A DNA stretch of 64,000 nucleotides from Octopus sinensis (lineage: Eukaryota). Shown here in pieces: positions 26,229 through 39,045 of this stretch. The stretch lies in NCBI RefSeq assembly GCF_006345805.1, contig NC_043015.1, positions 17,298,001 through 17,362,000 on the forward strand, read 5' to 3'. The notes below the pieces were generated by a model. The model did not search any database. It was not told where the DNA came from and saw only the letters and a list, made by a program, of their open reading frames with translations. Position 1 is the first letter of the stretch. Each line of letters starts with the position of its first letter. Position numbers and translations under genes: made by a program.

Positions 26229-27736
26229 TATAAAAGTTCAGTTTTATGTCTGTACAAATATGCATTCGTTACCGAAACCTTTATGGGTTTCCCTATGCAT
26301 TCTGTCACCAGATAAAAGTGATATAGTTTTAATCTCCAGAATGTTATAAAATATGTCCATTTCTTAGTACGCACAGTCAATTAGTGATTCTTATTTTATT
26401 TACATTTCCATTGCTTTCAATATCAAAGGGAAAATAGTTTCGTGTAATATGTCAGCCAATATACAATCTATGATATTAAAATTTTAAGTCTACGATTTTA
26501 TTGATTTAAATAGATTATGATAGCCAAAAATCTACCAACATTGGTCCAACTATTTCTTGGTCAGTTCCACAGTCGTTCTCTCTAACTTATGTTCCCTTAA
26601 AACTATATTTAACACGTATCAGTCATCCATGACAGTGGGTGAATAAGATTTTTCAGGTCAACATTCACTATCTCATGACCATTTTCATGCTTTTTAGCTA
26701 ATTCAATTCTTAATTAAATTAAATGTGGAACTAAATTTTGAGCTGCTGTATAAGAAAATTGGTTGGTAAAAAAGTTACAATAAAATAAGGATATTCAAAC
26801 ATGGGTGAGTAATGCAAAGATGCAACTTCTAAGCAGTATACGTTCACCAAAGTGCACAAAATTTAATTTTACTGCCTCAGACTCAACATAAAACATTGGC
26901 TATGACCTCCATTAAGCATTCACATGAGAGGGGAATTTAGGGGGGATGAGTGATTCTTCAAATTTTTACCAAATTACCATCATGAAGTTTTCCCTAGTTT
27001 TCCCCCTTAATCATTCTCTTACTTTTTATCACCTATCCAACTCCAAAGACATGTTATTTAATCTATTTCTACTTTGTCCTGTACTTTTGAACTTTTCCAG
27101 GTTCAGTAAAAAATATTACTCCTGTGCCCATTTTCCTGTTAGTGACATTTATACCAGCAGGTGTTGATGAAGCAAAGGTTTCTGACAAGAGTCATTCAAA
27201 CTTCAACAGAGAAATTCAACTCTGCAAGGAGAGTAATAAAACAATAAAGATACCCAGGCATGGGCGCTGTTATGTATTCTATTGGTATTAACGGTCAATA
27301 AAGGAATACCTAAGTATATTTATTCTCTGATGATGCTTGACATTAATATTTAACTATCTAAACATTTTTGCCAACAGATTTTCCATCACATGCACACATG
27401 TACACATACGTACACATACACACGTACGAAAATACACACGCGCAAAAAAAAAAACATACATATAGACTCACTGGGAATGTATGAGTGTGTGCGTATGAGT
27501 GTGTGAGCGATGAGAAAGTTGGTAAACAAGTGTGCGTACGTAGAGGACACACAAACATGTCTTCTTGAGTGTTTGGTGATAAAACATCAGTATAATGGAC
27601 TGTTAACTATAACACTTCAAATTTGTATTGTTTATTGCACTCTCTGTACAACCTAGCATTGAAAAGTTTAAATATATTTTAGGTTGTAATAAAAAAATCC
27701 CTGCATTCATTCGTCCATCACACACACACACATAAT

Positions 27737-27804
<68 letters not shown>

Positions 27805-27885
27805 TATCTTTATATAAGCTTATGGCGATGACCGTGCAATGACTAAGGAAAATAGTCTAATAAAGGGGCATATAAGCCCTAAAGC

Positions 27886-27940
<55 letters not shown>

Positions 27941-28045
27941 TACTTAAGTTGAGGCACCAGAATTTAGTACGGTATTATCAATGCAATTTCAAAGTAAGGT
28001 GATTAAAATCAAAATAATCAACAAGGATATCCAGAGATAATCCAG

Positions 28046-28127
28046 TTCGAACGTTTCATGCAACTCCATTTAATTGAACAATGCAATCATTACATCAATT
28101 TAAAATGCAGAGCAATCTTCAGCTGTA
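28046..28127 (-). ncRNA. Degenerate type I hammerhead motif with long stem II insert
   Basis: Minus strand ctgaaga-ttgc...(about 55 nt)...gcat-gaaa-cg-tt. The core is intact but stem I pairs poorly. Confidence 0.45.
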
Positions 28128-28715
28128 CAAAGACATAGTATTTAATTAAATTAGAACTGATGGTCACCTTACTATAATTATACCTAAAATCTCCAAGAAG
28201 TTAAGGAGATAGACAAAAAAACATGCTGTCTCACTCCAGCATAGAAAGTTACTAAGTTTTCAAGAAGATATACATTGTTACAGACTCTGCCTCTCACTGA
28301 TATTGTTTTGTTCTTATAGGGTCAGTTTTAATTTATAGACTAGTTTATCAAATGCCATGTATATCTAAGGCTAAGAGAACAGAGGGCAGTATCTGTTAGG
28401 GGTAGGGCTGAGGGAGCAGACAGACATCATAGTTGGAATAGTCATAAAAATCAAGATTTATTAGAAGCAATATCATGAGGTTTGGTGAAGAAAACTTAAA
28501 ACAAGATGTTAGCTGACAATTAAAGGGGTCTCCTACTAGAAGACGATTGATAATGAAACAGAGGAAATATTATCATGTAGTACTATAGTTAAATATTTTA
28601 AAAATGTTGCTATATTGTATACAGTTGAAGTTTAGGGTCATTCAGAGGTTTTTAAGAAGAATATTATAACAAAAGGATAGAAATTTATGAATACTTTTGA
28701 GTATATACGAAACTT

Positions 28716-30355
28716 TTACCACAATAGAGTGAGGAAAAGACTTTCTCCAAGTCCACAACAGAGGGAGGAAAAGGCTTTCTCCAAGTCCACAAAAGCTAAG
28801 TATAGGGGTTTATCTTTGGCTAGGTATTTCTCCTGAAGTTGTAGAACCAGGAATATGGCATAAGTGATGCTTCTACCCGGTACAAAACCGAAATGCATCT
28901 CATCTAAGCAAACTCTCTCCCTAATGAGATGGGCTACGATCCTCTCTGTGACCTTCATCACATTGCCCAGCAGTTTGATACCCTTGTAGTTATTTCTATC
29001 TAGAGCATCACCTTTACCTTGTAGCATTTCTCTCCTGTGACATCACAATTTTCTCTCACACACTGTCTTGTAATCCGAAATACCTCAGTTCTTTGGTCCT
29101 CACGTCACTGGACATTGGCAAACTTCTTTTCCGCTTCGTCCTTGGCTATGTATACCTGCCGCCCAGCCTCCCTTTTTGCTACCTGGTACGGTTCCCTGCT
29201 ACTCCCACCCTTCCATGCTTTCCAGGTCTGTTTCTTTGCTCTGATGGCTTTGTCTACCGTATTATTCCACGACCACGTAACTCTAGGTCTGGAAGGGACT
29301 TTGCACCATCTGCAGACTTGGTCTGTGGCACTCAGTATGCTGTCCCGTAGGAATTTCCAGCTACCTTCTATGTCCGAAGTCTGTAACTCCTCCTCCCTCT
29401 CATCAAATTTCTTGGACCATGTGAAGGGTTCTTTAGCTTCCAAATCCTTCTTTTTTGGATTGGTCTGCTTCTTTTATCCTTCTCATCTCGAACCTAAAGT
29501 CACTAATGACTAGCCTATGCTGGGGGGTACATTCTGTTGTGGGGTACATCCTATGCTGGGGAGTACATTCTGTGGGAGCTACATCCTGTTGTGGGTCTTT
29601 GTAGTTAAGAGCAACCCTGCGTTCCGCTGTCTGGTGAGGATGAAATCAATCTGGCTACCAGAATCCCCTGATTGATAGGTTATCAGGTGGCTGTCTGGCT
29701 TCCTAAAGTTAGTGTTACAGATTAAAAGGTTACATGCATCACAGAACTCCAGTAGCCTAGTTTCCTCATCGTTCCGGGCGCCAATACCATGGTCCCCGTG
29801 TACCCCAGTGAAGATACCAGATTCCCGCCCAACATCCCCATTAAAATCTCCAGCCACAAAGATGAGGTCATTGCCACTCGTCTTTGAGGTAGCCTATAGA
29901 AGGCTATCATAAAAGTGGTCCTTCTGATCATTTGGTAGCCCCACATATGGGGTGTAGGCGGAGATAATTGTAGCTGTACTGATCTGCAGGACTAGCCTGA
30001 GCTTAAGCACTCTATCGCATACCCTAACAACTTCTATGACTTTATCCACCCATTTCTCTGCAAGTTGTATGACTATATCCCCTACACCATCCATGTTACC
30101 TTGCCAGAAGACTTTATACCTATGTGCCTTGCCTGTGAGGACCCTAGCTGAAGCTCCTCTCTATCTTACCTCTTGTATGTAGCATATATCAACCCGTCTC
30201 CTTTCAAGCATCTCTACAATCTCACTAGACCTACCTTTCAGTTTGCCAACATTGACAGTACCAACTTTGAAAACTGGGAAGGAAATGTGGGGTGATGTTT
30301 GGGGAGGAGAGATGTTATTCAGCGCCTGAAAAGAAGAGGAAGGTTGTTTAGGCAT
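28716..30355 (-). mobile_element. RTE-clade LINE fragment (APE + RT N-terminus), 3' end missing
   Basis: VGTVNVGKLKGRSSEIVEMLERRRVDICYIQEVR, AGDFNGDVG, QIDFILTR, NNYKGIKLL, DEMHFGFVPGRS and LAFVDLEKAF. Confidence 0.9.
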
Positions 30356-30458
30356 GCTTCATCTGTTCTCTCCGACCTGACAACATTCAAGCATGTTAAA
30401 ATTGTTGCCTCTACTGGAGGTAGGAGCCGGTGTTAGCAGCGTTGTAAGTATAAGCATT

Positions 30459-31215
30459 ATGGTCATCGAATGATGTAGATTTAAGTGGTGTAGCAAAAAT
30501 ATGGGTATTCCAATGTTAGGTTAGGTGGGAGTCAGTTAAAACTTGCATTTGTCAAGGAAGAGGGGGATTGTTAGGTATAGTTGAGGGTACCACCAGTAGG
30601 GAAGGGTTTAGACACAGAGAGAGGAAACAAGCTCATTCCTACATACACACATGCACACCCACACACAGGATCAAGCACACATGGGCAGCCGAATAACTTA
30701 CCCCTTCACGATAGTTGTTGGCATGTTTCTAGACAGAATGAAAGTGAAACGAAAGATAGCCGGTTAAGTAGGTAGGCAGATAACCTGGATGAGTTTGTCC
30801 TAGTAGAAAGATAGAGAAGGAGAGGGAGAGAGATGGTCATCGAATGATGTTGATTTAAGCGATGTAGAAAAAATGTGGATATTCCAATGTTAGGTTAGGA
30901 GGGAGTCAGCTAAAACTGGTTGCGTTTGTCCAGGAAGAAGGGGATTGCAGGTATGATGGAGGGTACCACCAGTGGGGAAGGGTTCAGACAGAGAGAGAGA
31001 GAAGAAACAAGCTCCTTTCTACATACACACAGGGACAGCCGAATAGCTTTCTCCTTCATTTGATAAGGCCAAGGAAATTTCCTTGGTAGTTGTTGGCATG
31101 TTTCTAGACAGAATGAAAATGAAACAAAAGCTGGTTGTGTTTGTCCCAGTAGAGAGATAGAGAAAGAGAGGGAGAGAGATAGAGAAAGAGAGAGTGCAGG
31201 TAATATAGGGAACAA
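30459..31215. repeat. Tandemly reiterated purine-rich block (30459-30780 vs 30833-31130)
   Basis: atggtcatcgaatgatg...ccaatgttaggttagg...gagggtaccaccagt...aacaagctc occurs twice, with further partial copies. Confidence 0.75.
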
Positions 31216-31439
31216 GCACCAGTGGGGAGGAGGAATTGGGAGAAGGGATATCTGGTAGTGGTGGTGACAAATTTCTAGACAGAACGAAACGCAAGATAGC
31301 CGGTTAAGTGGGTGGGTGGATGAGCAGCTGAGCTGGTTGCATTTGTCCTAGGAGAGAAAGAAGTGCAGGTAATAAATAGATAACAGGCCAGCAAGAAGGA
31401 GGGGTTGGGAGAATAGTCACAGATAATGGTGGTGGAAGA

Positions 31440-31545
31440 ATGGATATCCGGTGTAGATGGTGGGAAGATAGAGACATCCGGTATTGGTGGTGGAAAGATA
31501 GAGATATCCGGTATTGGCGGTGGGAAGATAGAGATATCCGGTTTT
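31440..31545. repeat. 30-bp minisatellite, about 3.5 units
   Basis: gatatccggtattggtggtgggaagataga repeated. Confidence 0.85.
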
Positions 31546-31581
31546 GGTGGGGGGGGGGTAGGGGGGGCGCACCGCGAACAA

Positions 31582-32042
31582 GCAAGTTTAGTTTGGGGAC
31601 AGAGGGACGAAAATAATGGTAATAAGAATGAGATCAAACAGACCGAGAAACGAGTAATTATCTTAACGAAATTACATGAGAGATAGAATTATATTTTTTT
31701 GAGGGGACATTTTCAATGGTTAGCTCATGAAAACAAGCTGTTAGTAAATAATACATTTAAAGTGTTAATGGCGAATGAAGTACGAAGGAACGGGAAAGAA
31801 AGAGAAAATCTTAGCTTAGCATCGCAACATCTTTTGGCGAAGGAATGGAATGGAAACACATGAGACGAGGTTTTTTAAACAGATAAACTGCAACCGGAAG
31901 CGAGTTTAGTTTGGGGACAGAGGGACGAAAATAATGGTAATAAGAATGAGATTGAACAGACCAAGAAACGAGTAATTATCTTAACGAAATTACATGAGAG
32001 GTAAAATTATATTTTTTGAGGGGACATTTACAATGGTTAGCT
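31582..32042. repeat. Direct repeat of about 140 bp (31582-31725 and 31903-32042)
   Basis: agtttagtttggggacagagggacgaaaataatggtaataagaatgagat...caatggttagct occurs twice. Confidence 0.85.
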
Positions 32043-32580
32043 TAATACTAAATACACTTAAATACTAACTCATCAGATGGTATCTGTGAATATTGATTAA
32101 TTGGTATATAATGGTATTAATAAAGGGGTATTGGGGTAAAGGAACATGCTAATTATATAATAATAAAATATAATCTAAGCAGTTTTTTTATAAGTAGTGA
32201 ATATACCAGTATAGTTTTATATAAACTAAGTATGAATTTATAGTGATACAAAAATTAGATTAATTTTATAAATAAATAAAGGCTAATTATAAAATAAAAA
32301 AGTAATCAAGTAGGGCAGAACACCATAGAAAGGGAAATAAAATACCTTAATTACTAATACTATGGTAAAGTATATGTAGCTTATTAACACCAGTAGAGAA
32401 GATTTTAGAAAAAGTATAATTCAAAATATATTAGACTAAAAATTATATATTTACTTATTTAGCTAATATCAATAAAAGACGGAAGTCGATAGGTAATTGG
32501 GATAATCCCCAATTTTTACCTTTGAATAGTGAGGCATTTTCCCCTCCGTATTTTAAGAGGTCTTGGACCAACAGGTTTTT

Positions 32581-32641
32581 GGTATCTGACGATGCGCCAT
32601 AAAGCTAAACTCGTTATGGACGGGAAACCTAAGGTAATCCC
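32581..32641 (+). ncRNA. Degenerate type I hammerhead motif
   Basis: ggtat-CTGACGA-[ccataa/ttatgg hairpin]-GAAA-cct-a-agg-TA-atccc. Confidence 0.55.
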
Positions 32642-32768
32642 ATAAACCGACCGACATTATTTTCAATTATATATATATATATATATTGGAAAAAACGGTA
32701 AGATAACAAAAGAAAGAAAGCGACCTCAATATTATGTAAAGAGAGGAAATTTATCTGTAAATTGATAT

Positions 32769-32940
32769 GTGACAATTATTCAATAGCCAAGACAAAACTC
32801 TGAGTTTCGGATGCCGAAGTGGAAATCCACAACACCATCTCTTCGGTTATATAGCTAGATAAGCGAAGAGATGGTGTTGTGGATTTCAACTTCGGCATCC
32901 GAAACTCAGAGTTTTATCTTGGCTATTGAATAATTGTCAC
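32769..32940. repeat. Fold-back with arms of about 80 bp, each carrying an HHR-like motif
   Basis: Arms 32769-32850 and 32859-32940. The plus arm reads agataa-(g/c)cgaaga-gatg...catc-c-GAAA-ctcagag-tt-ttatct. Confidence 0.85.
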
Positions 32941-32949
32941 GTATTAATT

Positions 32950-32991
<42 letters not shown>

Positions 32992-33041
32992 AAATATTGA
33001 ATTTCTAAATCTCTCCTAGAGACATGTACGGTGGTGGGGCG

Positions 33042-33391
33042 ATAGAATGGTTGTATACCGTCAATCTAACAAGAACGTGACAGTAGGAGGTACACCACCG
33101 CTGTATAGCCCTAGGAAGCATCGAACGCCTCCTGATAGCTTTGACACATTTTTCCCCCTGTGTCCTTATATAGATATACGAAGGGGAGATGAAGGACAAC
33201 GATCCTGAAACACGGTGTCCCTAGATGCAGTTCCGGCGGCCGGGGGTGTTTGTCTCACCTTCGTATATCTATATAAGGACACAGGGAAAAAATGTGTCAA
33301 AGCTATCAGGAGGCGTTCGATGCTTCCTAGGGCTATACAGCGGTGGTGTACCCCCTACTGTCACGTTCTTGTTAGATTGACAGTATACAAC

Positions 33392-33399
<8 letters not shown>
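33042..33399. repeat. Fold-back with arms of about 146 bp and a 5'-clipped HHR in the spacer
   Basis: Arms 33042-33188 and 33254-33399. The spacer begins atga-agga-caacga-tcct-GAAA-cacggtg-TC. Confidence 0.85.
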
Positions 33400-33433
<34 letters not shown>

Positions 33434-33443
33434 TATATAGAAG

Positions 33444-33496
33444 GAGCTTCTACAGGCCTAGAACTGTTTCATTCAAGAGAAATCTTCAGGAAGCTC
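33444..33496 (-). ncRNA. Type I hammerhead ribozyme motif (left arm of palindrome)
   Basis: Reverse complement reads gagcttc-CTGAAGA-tttctcttgaat-GAAA-cag-ttctaggc-ctg-TA-gaagctc. Confidence 0.7.
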
Positions 33497-33502
33497 TGCA
33501 GT

Positions 33503-33555
33503 GAGCTTCCTGAAGATTTCTCTTGAATGAAACAGTTCTAGTCCTGTAGAAGCTC
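33503..33555 (+). ncRNA. Type I hammerhead ribozyme motif (right arm of palindrome)
   Basis: Stem I gagcttc/gaagctc (7 bp), core CTGAAGA, stem II ttc/gaa with a T-T first pair, GAAA, stem III acag/ctgt, GUA cleavage triplet. Confidence 0.75.
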
Positions 33556-33637
33556 CTTCTATATAATAAATTAATTTTACTCTACTATGTATTGAGTACC
33601 TTATTTACTGTGGTTAACCCCGAATCAACCCGGGACC

Positions 33638-33695
<58 letters not shown>

Positions 33696-33979
33696 TAATG
33701 CAATATAAAGTATCGCCTTCCAGTAAAAAGTAGCCCGTGAGGGAAAAATACACAAATTAGTACCGATATTTACTGGAAATAGCGAACGTAAAAATACGAC
33801 GCTAATGTGTAGCTTCACCGCGTATGTATTAGCAAAAATGCGTGTGTGCAACAAACTAGAGCAAAAAAAACGTCTTACCTCCAGGGAGAACATCTGAAAG
33901 ATGAAACACCCGGAAAAGGATAATGTCCAGTAAATATCGGTACTTAGTTGTGCCATTTATTTACTAATTGTATATATAT

Positions 33980-34021
<42 letters not shown>

Positions 34022-34131
34022 ATATTAGAAGAAATGAGGTACTCAGAAATTCGGATGGTTTTATATTTACAGATATTTATTTGTTTATTACATGTTTTTA
34101 TACATCATATAACTTATATCATATATCATAT

Positions 34132-34207
34132 ATTAGCGCTTTCGTCCATTCTGGTGGATTTTTCAGTTCCATTTGAAAAATCCACCAGAATGGACGAAAG
34201 CGCTAAT
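34132..34207. repeat. Perfect 34-bp-arm hairpin containing an HHR remnant
   Basis: attagcgctttcgtccattctggtggatttttca-gttccatt-tgaaaaatccaccagaatggacgaaagcgctaat. The right arm has tcca/tgga-c-GAAA-gcgc-TA. Confidence 0.85.
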
Positions 34208-35022
34208 CTATATATATAAAACTCAACTTGTGTGTCTGTGTGAGTGTCTGTGTGCTTAACTTCCCAGCACATCTCCTCCTAGCCAAAAAATCGTAGAACC
34301 ACCAAAAATGGGTCACTTAAAGTTTAGGCGAATGAAAATTGAACTGCGCTATTTCTGTTCCGAAATTCATCTCGCAAGTGCAAACATCGATAATGTGCTT
34401 GTTTAGGCCTTATCCCATGCATTGAATAGTGAACTTTACTCAGTCAGCTGTTTGACGTGAACTGTGTTCACCACGTGTGCAAGCATGCGTGAATTGCATG
34501 AAAAATAAAAAATCAAGATATAAAAACGAATCGCCGTAAACATTGTAGAAATTCGGCAAATAAATGAATTTTCGGGATGTAGCCTGGAGGGTTTTTTGTA
34601 TTAATCGTTTGGACTTTGTGAACACATACCAATTGTTTTCATAACATAACGCTTTGAATTAAATGTGACCATTTTGAATCACTGCAGTTTGAATCACTTT
34701 AACCAAATTTTAGCAGGCCGGATTTTTGATCATCACGATACATCGCCAGCGACTCCCTGAAACTCTCCCCTGAAATCCCCGTTGAGAAATACTGATCGAA
34801 AAGAATGATTCAACAATGCAATTATTTGATCAGCAAAAGTTTATGAAACGCTTCTACGTACTTCCTATTGAGGAAATGGATCACATAAGTGCAAAAATAG
34901 AGGGCATTAAATGCTTGATTTTAAAACCAAAATAATTGAATTTTGATTGGACTTCGTCCAAGTTTAACTTAATTCGCGCGTCCATAGAACGCACGAGTGC
35001 ACGAGCCGGGCAATACTGCTAG
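34207..35022 (+). mobile_element. Non-autonomous Helitron (about 816 bp)
   Basis: A|TCtatatatataaaactcaacttgtgtgtctg at the 5' end and gagccgggcaatactgCTAG|T at the 3' end. Inserted in an AT dinucleotide with no TSD. Confidence 0.8.
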
Positions 35023-35150
35023 TATATATATATATATATAATATATATATATATAATTAAATAAGGGTATAAATCGATATTAATCAATTAAAACTAGTTG
35101 CCTAGCATATTTTAAAGAATTCGAAGATTAAAAATTTTATGCATACAAAA

Positions 35151-35872
35151 TTTAGAGGAATGACCACTAATAGTGGACAGCCTGTATGCCAGAAATAGAT
35201 GTCAAACTCGCCATTTACCACGAAGAATTTATTCCAAAGAAAATATTCAGCAAAAACACAAAGAGTAAAAATAAGCAAGACAAATGAAAATATACGAAAT
35301 AAAAAAAACGATTACCTATGTACTAATTAGTTTCACTTGTTAATATTCACGTATATGGATACATGAACATCTGCAAGATCGTCAGCATAGTCTGTCGTTT
35401 ACGAAATACAATTTCTAGAACTAGACACAGGGCGCTCGATGAAATCCAGCATGTATAAAGCTCCACAAATTATATTTATGTGTATCTTTCAAATACCTTC
35501 ACTTTGGCGCGCTGAGATCGGAAATTACACTGCAGTTAATAAACTACAGCAGTTAATTTACCGGCTAGAGAACATTTTTTATTTAAAATAAAATAAGGGT
35601 AGAAATCTAGTTCTAGAAATTGTATTTCGTAAACGACAGACTATGCTGACGATCTTGCAGATGTTCACGTATCCATATACGTGAATGTTAACAAGTGAAA
35701 CTAATTAGTACGTAGGTAATCGTTTTTTTTATTTCGTATATTCATTTGTCTTGCTTATTTTTACACTGGTTTTTTGCTGAATTTTTTCTTGAGAACACAT
35801 TCTTCGTAAATAACGAGTTTGATGTCTATTTCTAGCATACGGGCTGTCCACTATTAGTGGTCATTCCTCTAA

Positions 35873-35873
<1 letters not shown>
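35151..35873. repeat. Long inverted repeat, arms of about 270 bp (35151-35425 and 35606-35873), MITE-like
   Basis: tttagaggaatgaccactaatagtggacagc...ctagaactaga is mirrored by tctagttctag...gctgtccactattagtggtcattcctctaaa. The arms are moderately diverged. Confidence 0.85.
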
Positions 35874-35960
<87 letters not shown>

Positions 35961-35963
<3 letters not shown>

Positions 35964-36698
35964 ATATATATATTAATTAAAAACCAAGAGAAGAGCGGAG
36001 ATTTATTCACATCCAAAACTTTTTATTAAAGGTTTTCTACAGCACATATAACAATGACCAACACATGTTTCTACTGCAACAACCACACATTGCTCTGTAT
36101 GCAATTACGCATCCTAGCCGCTGCAGTTTCATCAAGGGTCCATCACTTATGACGTTTTCAAAGTGAACTAATTCAAACAAGTTTCCTGCCTTGTTATTCA
36201 GTTGAAGACAGCAGCGTCCCTTTTAAAATCGAATTGAATTCTGGTCTTAGAATCACCTCTACTGGTATTATAGTTGAATTGTGTTTTTAAAATGGCCTTA
36301 CGTATATATATGTATAGGCATAGGAGTTGGTGTGTGGCAAGAAGCTTACTTCCCACACGCCGGGCGAAATGCTTTGCGGTATTTCGTCTGGCGCTACGTT
36401 CTGAGTTCAAATTCTGCCGAGGTCGACTTTGCCTTTCATCCTTTCGAGGTCGATTAAATAAGTACCAGTTACGCACTGGTGTCGTTGTAATTGATTTAAT
36501 CCCTTTGTCAGTCCTTGTTTGTCCCCTCTATGTTTAACCCCTTGTGGGCAATAAAGAAATAAGAAGCTTACTTCCCAACCACATGGTTCCGGGTTCAGTC
36601 CTACTGCGTAGTATCTTGAGCAAGTGCCTTCTACTATGGCCACGGGCCGACCAAAGCTTTATGGGTGGATTTGGTAGACGGAAACTGAAAGAAGCCCG

Positions 36699-36743
<45 letters not shown>

Positions 36744-37092
36744 ATATATATACATATATATATGTATATATATGTATGTATATTTTGGTGTGTTTATGGC
36801 TCTGTAATCTAGTGGTTCGACTAAAGGTGGTGATCCAGTATGGCCGCAGTCAAATGACTGAAACAAATTAAAGAATAAAAGAAAAGTAAAAGAATATATA
36901 TATTTACTTATTATATATATATTCATACATATATGTGTGTGTGGCGTGTGTTCATATGTGTCTATGTATTTCTAACAATGCCTGTATGTATATATATATG
37001 TATGTATATATATATCTATATCTATATATCTATATATATATATATCTATATATCTATATCTATATCTATCTATATATATATATATAATATAT

Positions 37093-37146
<54 letters not shown>

Positions 37147-37412
37147 AATATCAAAATATCGAACAGTTACCACTTGAATGTACTATTAAAACAGCATGGG
37201 TGTGGCTTTCAGTTCTGCCTATTGCAACAGGTGTTTACCTAGTTACCACCCATGCTGACACACGCCTTCATTCCAACATGGATTTTTTCATTTAGTGTTT
37301 TTACATAGATGCATGCGTGAGTGTGAGCGAGTGTGTGTGCTGTATGTGTGTGTTGTGTGTGTATTGTGTGAGTGTTTGTGTGTATGTATATATATATATA
37401 TATATCTATATC

Positions 37413-37471
<59 letters not shown>

Positions 37472-38234
37472 ATATATATATTAATTAAAAACCAAGAGAA
37501 GAGCGGAGATTTATTCACATCCAAAACTTTTTATTAAAGGTTTTCTACAGCACATATAACAATGACCAACACATGTTTCTACTGCAACAACCACACATTG
37601 CTCTGTATGCAATTACGCATCCTAGCCGCTGCAGTTTCATCAAGGGTCCATCACTTATGACGTTTTCAAAGTGAACTAATTCAAACAAGTTTCCTGCCTT
37701 GTTATTCAGTTGAAGACAGCAGCGTCCCTTTTAAAATCGAATTGAATTCTGGTCTTAGAATCACCTCTACTGGTATTATAGTTGAATTGTGTTTTTAAAA
37801 TGGCCTTACGTATATATATGTATAGGCATAGGAGTTGGTGTGTGGCAAGAAGCTTACTTCCCACACGCCGGGCGAAATGCTTTGCGGTATTTCGTCTGGC
37901 GCTACGTTCTGAGTTCAAATTCTGCCGAGGTCGACTTTGCCTTTCATCCTTTCGAGGTCGATTAAATAAGTACCAGTTACGCACTGGTGTCGTTGTAATT
38001 GATTTAATCCCTTTGTCAGTCCTTGTTTGTCCCCTCTATGTTTAACCCCTTGTGGGCAATAAAGAAATAAGAAGCTTACTTCCCAACCACATGGTTCCGG
38101 GTTCAGTCCTACTGCGTAGTATCTTGAGCAAGTGCCTTCTACTATGGCCACGGGCCGACCAAAGCTTTATGGGTGGATTTGGTAGACGGAAACTGAAAGA
38201 AGCCCGTAATATATATATATATATATATAATATA

Positions 38235-38265
<31 letters not shown>

Positions 38266-38571
38266 TATATGTATATATATGTATGTATATTTTGGTGTGT
38301 TTATGGCTCTGTAATCTAGTGGTTCGACTAAAGGTGGTGATCCAGTATGGCCGCAGTCAAATGACTGAAACAAATTAAAGAATAAAAGAAAAGTAAAAGA
38401 ATATATATATTTACTTATTATATATATATTCATACATATGTGTGTGTGGCGTGTGTTCATATGTGTCTATGTATTTCTAACAATGCCTGTATGTATATAT
38501 ATATGTATGTATATATATATATATATATATCTATATATATATATATCTATATATCTATATCTATATCTATC

Positions 38572-38645
<74 letters not shown>

Positions 38646-38919
38646 AATATCAAAATATCGAACAGTTACCACTTGAATGTACTATTAAAACAGCATGGGT
38701 GTGGCTTTCAGTTCTGCCTATTGCAACAGGTGTTTACCTAGTTACCACCCATGCTGACACACGCCTTCATTCCAACATGGATTTTTTCATTTAGTGTTTT
38801 TACATAGATGCATGCGTGAGTGTGAGCGAGTGTGTGTGCTGTATGTGTGTGTTGTGTGTGTATTGTGTGAGTGTTTGTGTGTATGTATATATAATATATA
38901 TATTATATATATATATATA

Positions 38920-38960
<41 letters not shown>
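35961..38960. repeat. Tandem duplication, period about 1508 bp, two near-identical units containing SINEs
   Basis: Identical ORF translations at 36198/37706, 36274/37782 and 36407/37915. Differences seen only in microsatellite lengths. Confidence 0.95.
36320..36895 (+). mobile_element. SINE cluster (Deu/Nin-core-like fragment plus OK-like SINE), duplicated at 37828-38400
   Basis: gtcgactttgcctttcatcctttcgaggtcgattaaataagtaccag core, then an OK-like head and tail. Confidence 0.7.
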
Positions 38961-38970
<10 letters not shown>

Positions 38971-39011
38971 AGGCACAAAAAGAAAATGACTCTCCCCAGA
39001 CACAACAGTAT

Positions 39012-39045
<34 letters not shown>

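Noticed and set aside
31440-31545. CRISPR-like array
   Set aside because: It has contiguous 30-bp units without unique spacers, in eukaryotic context with no cas genes.
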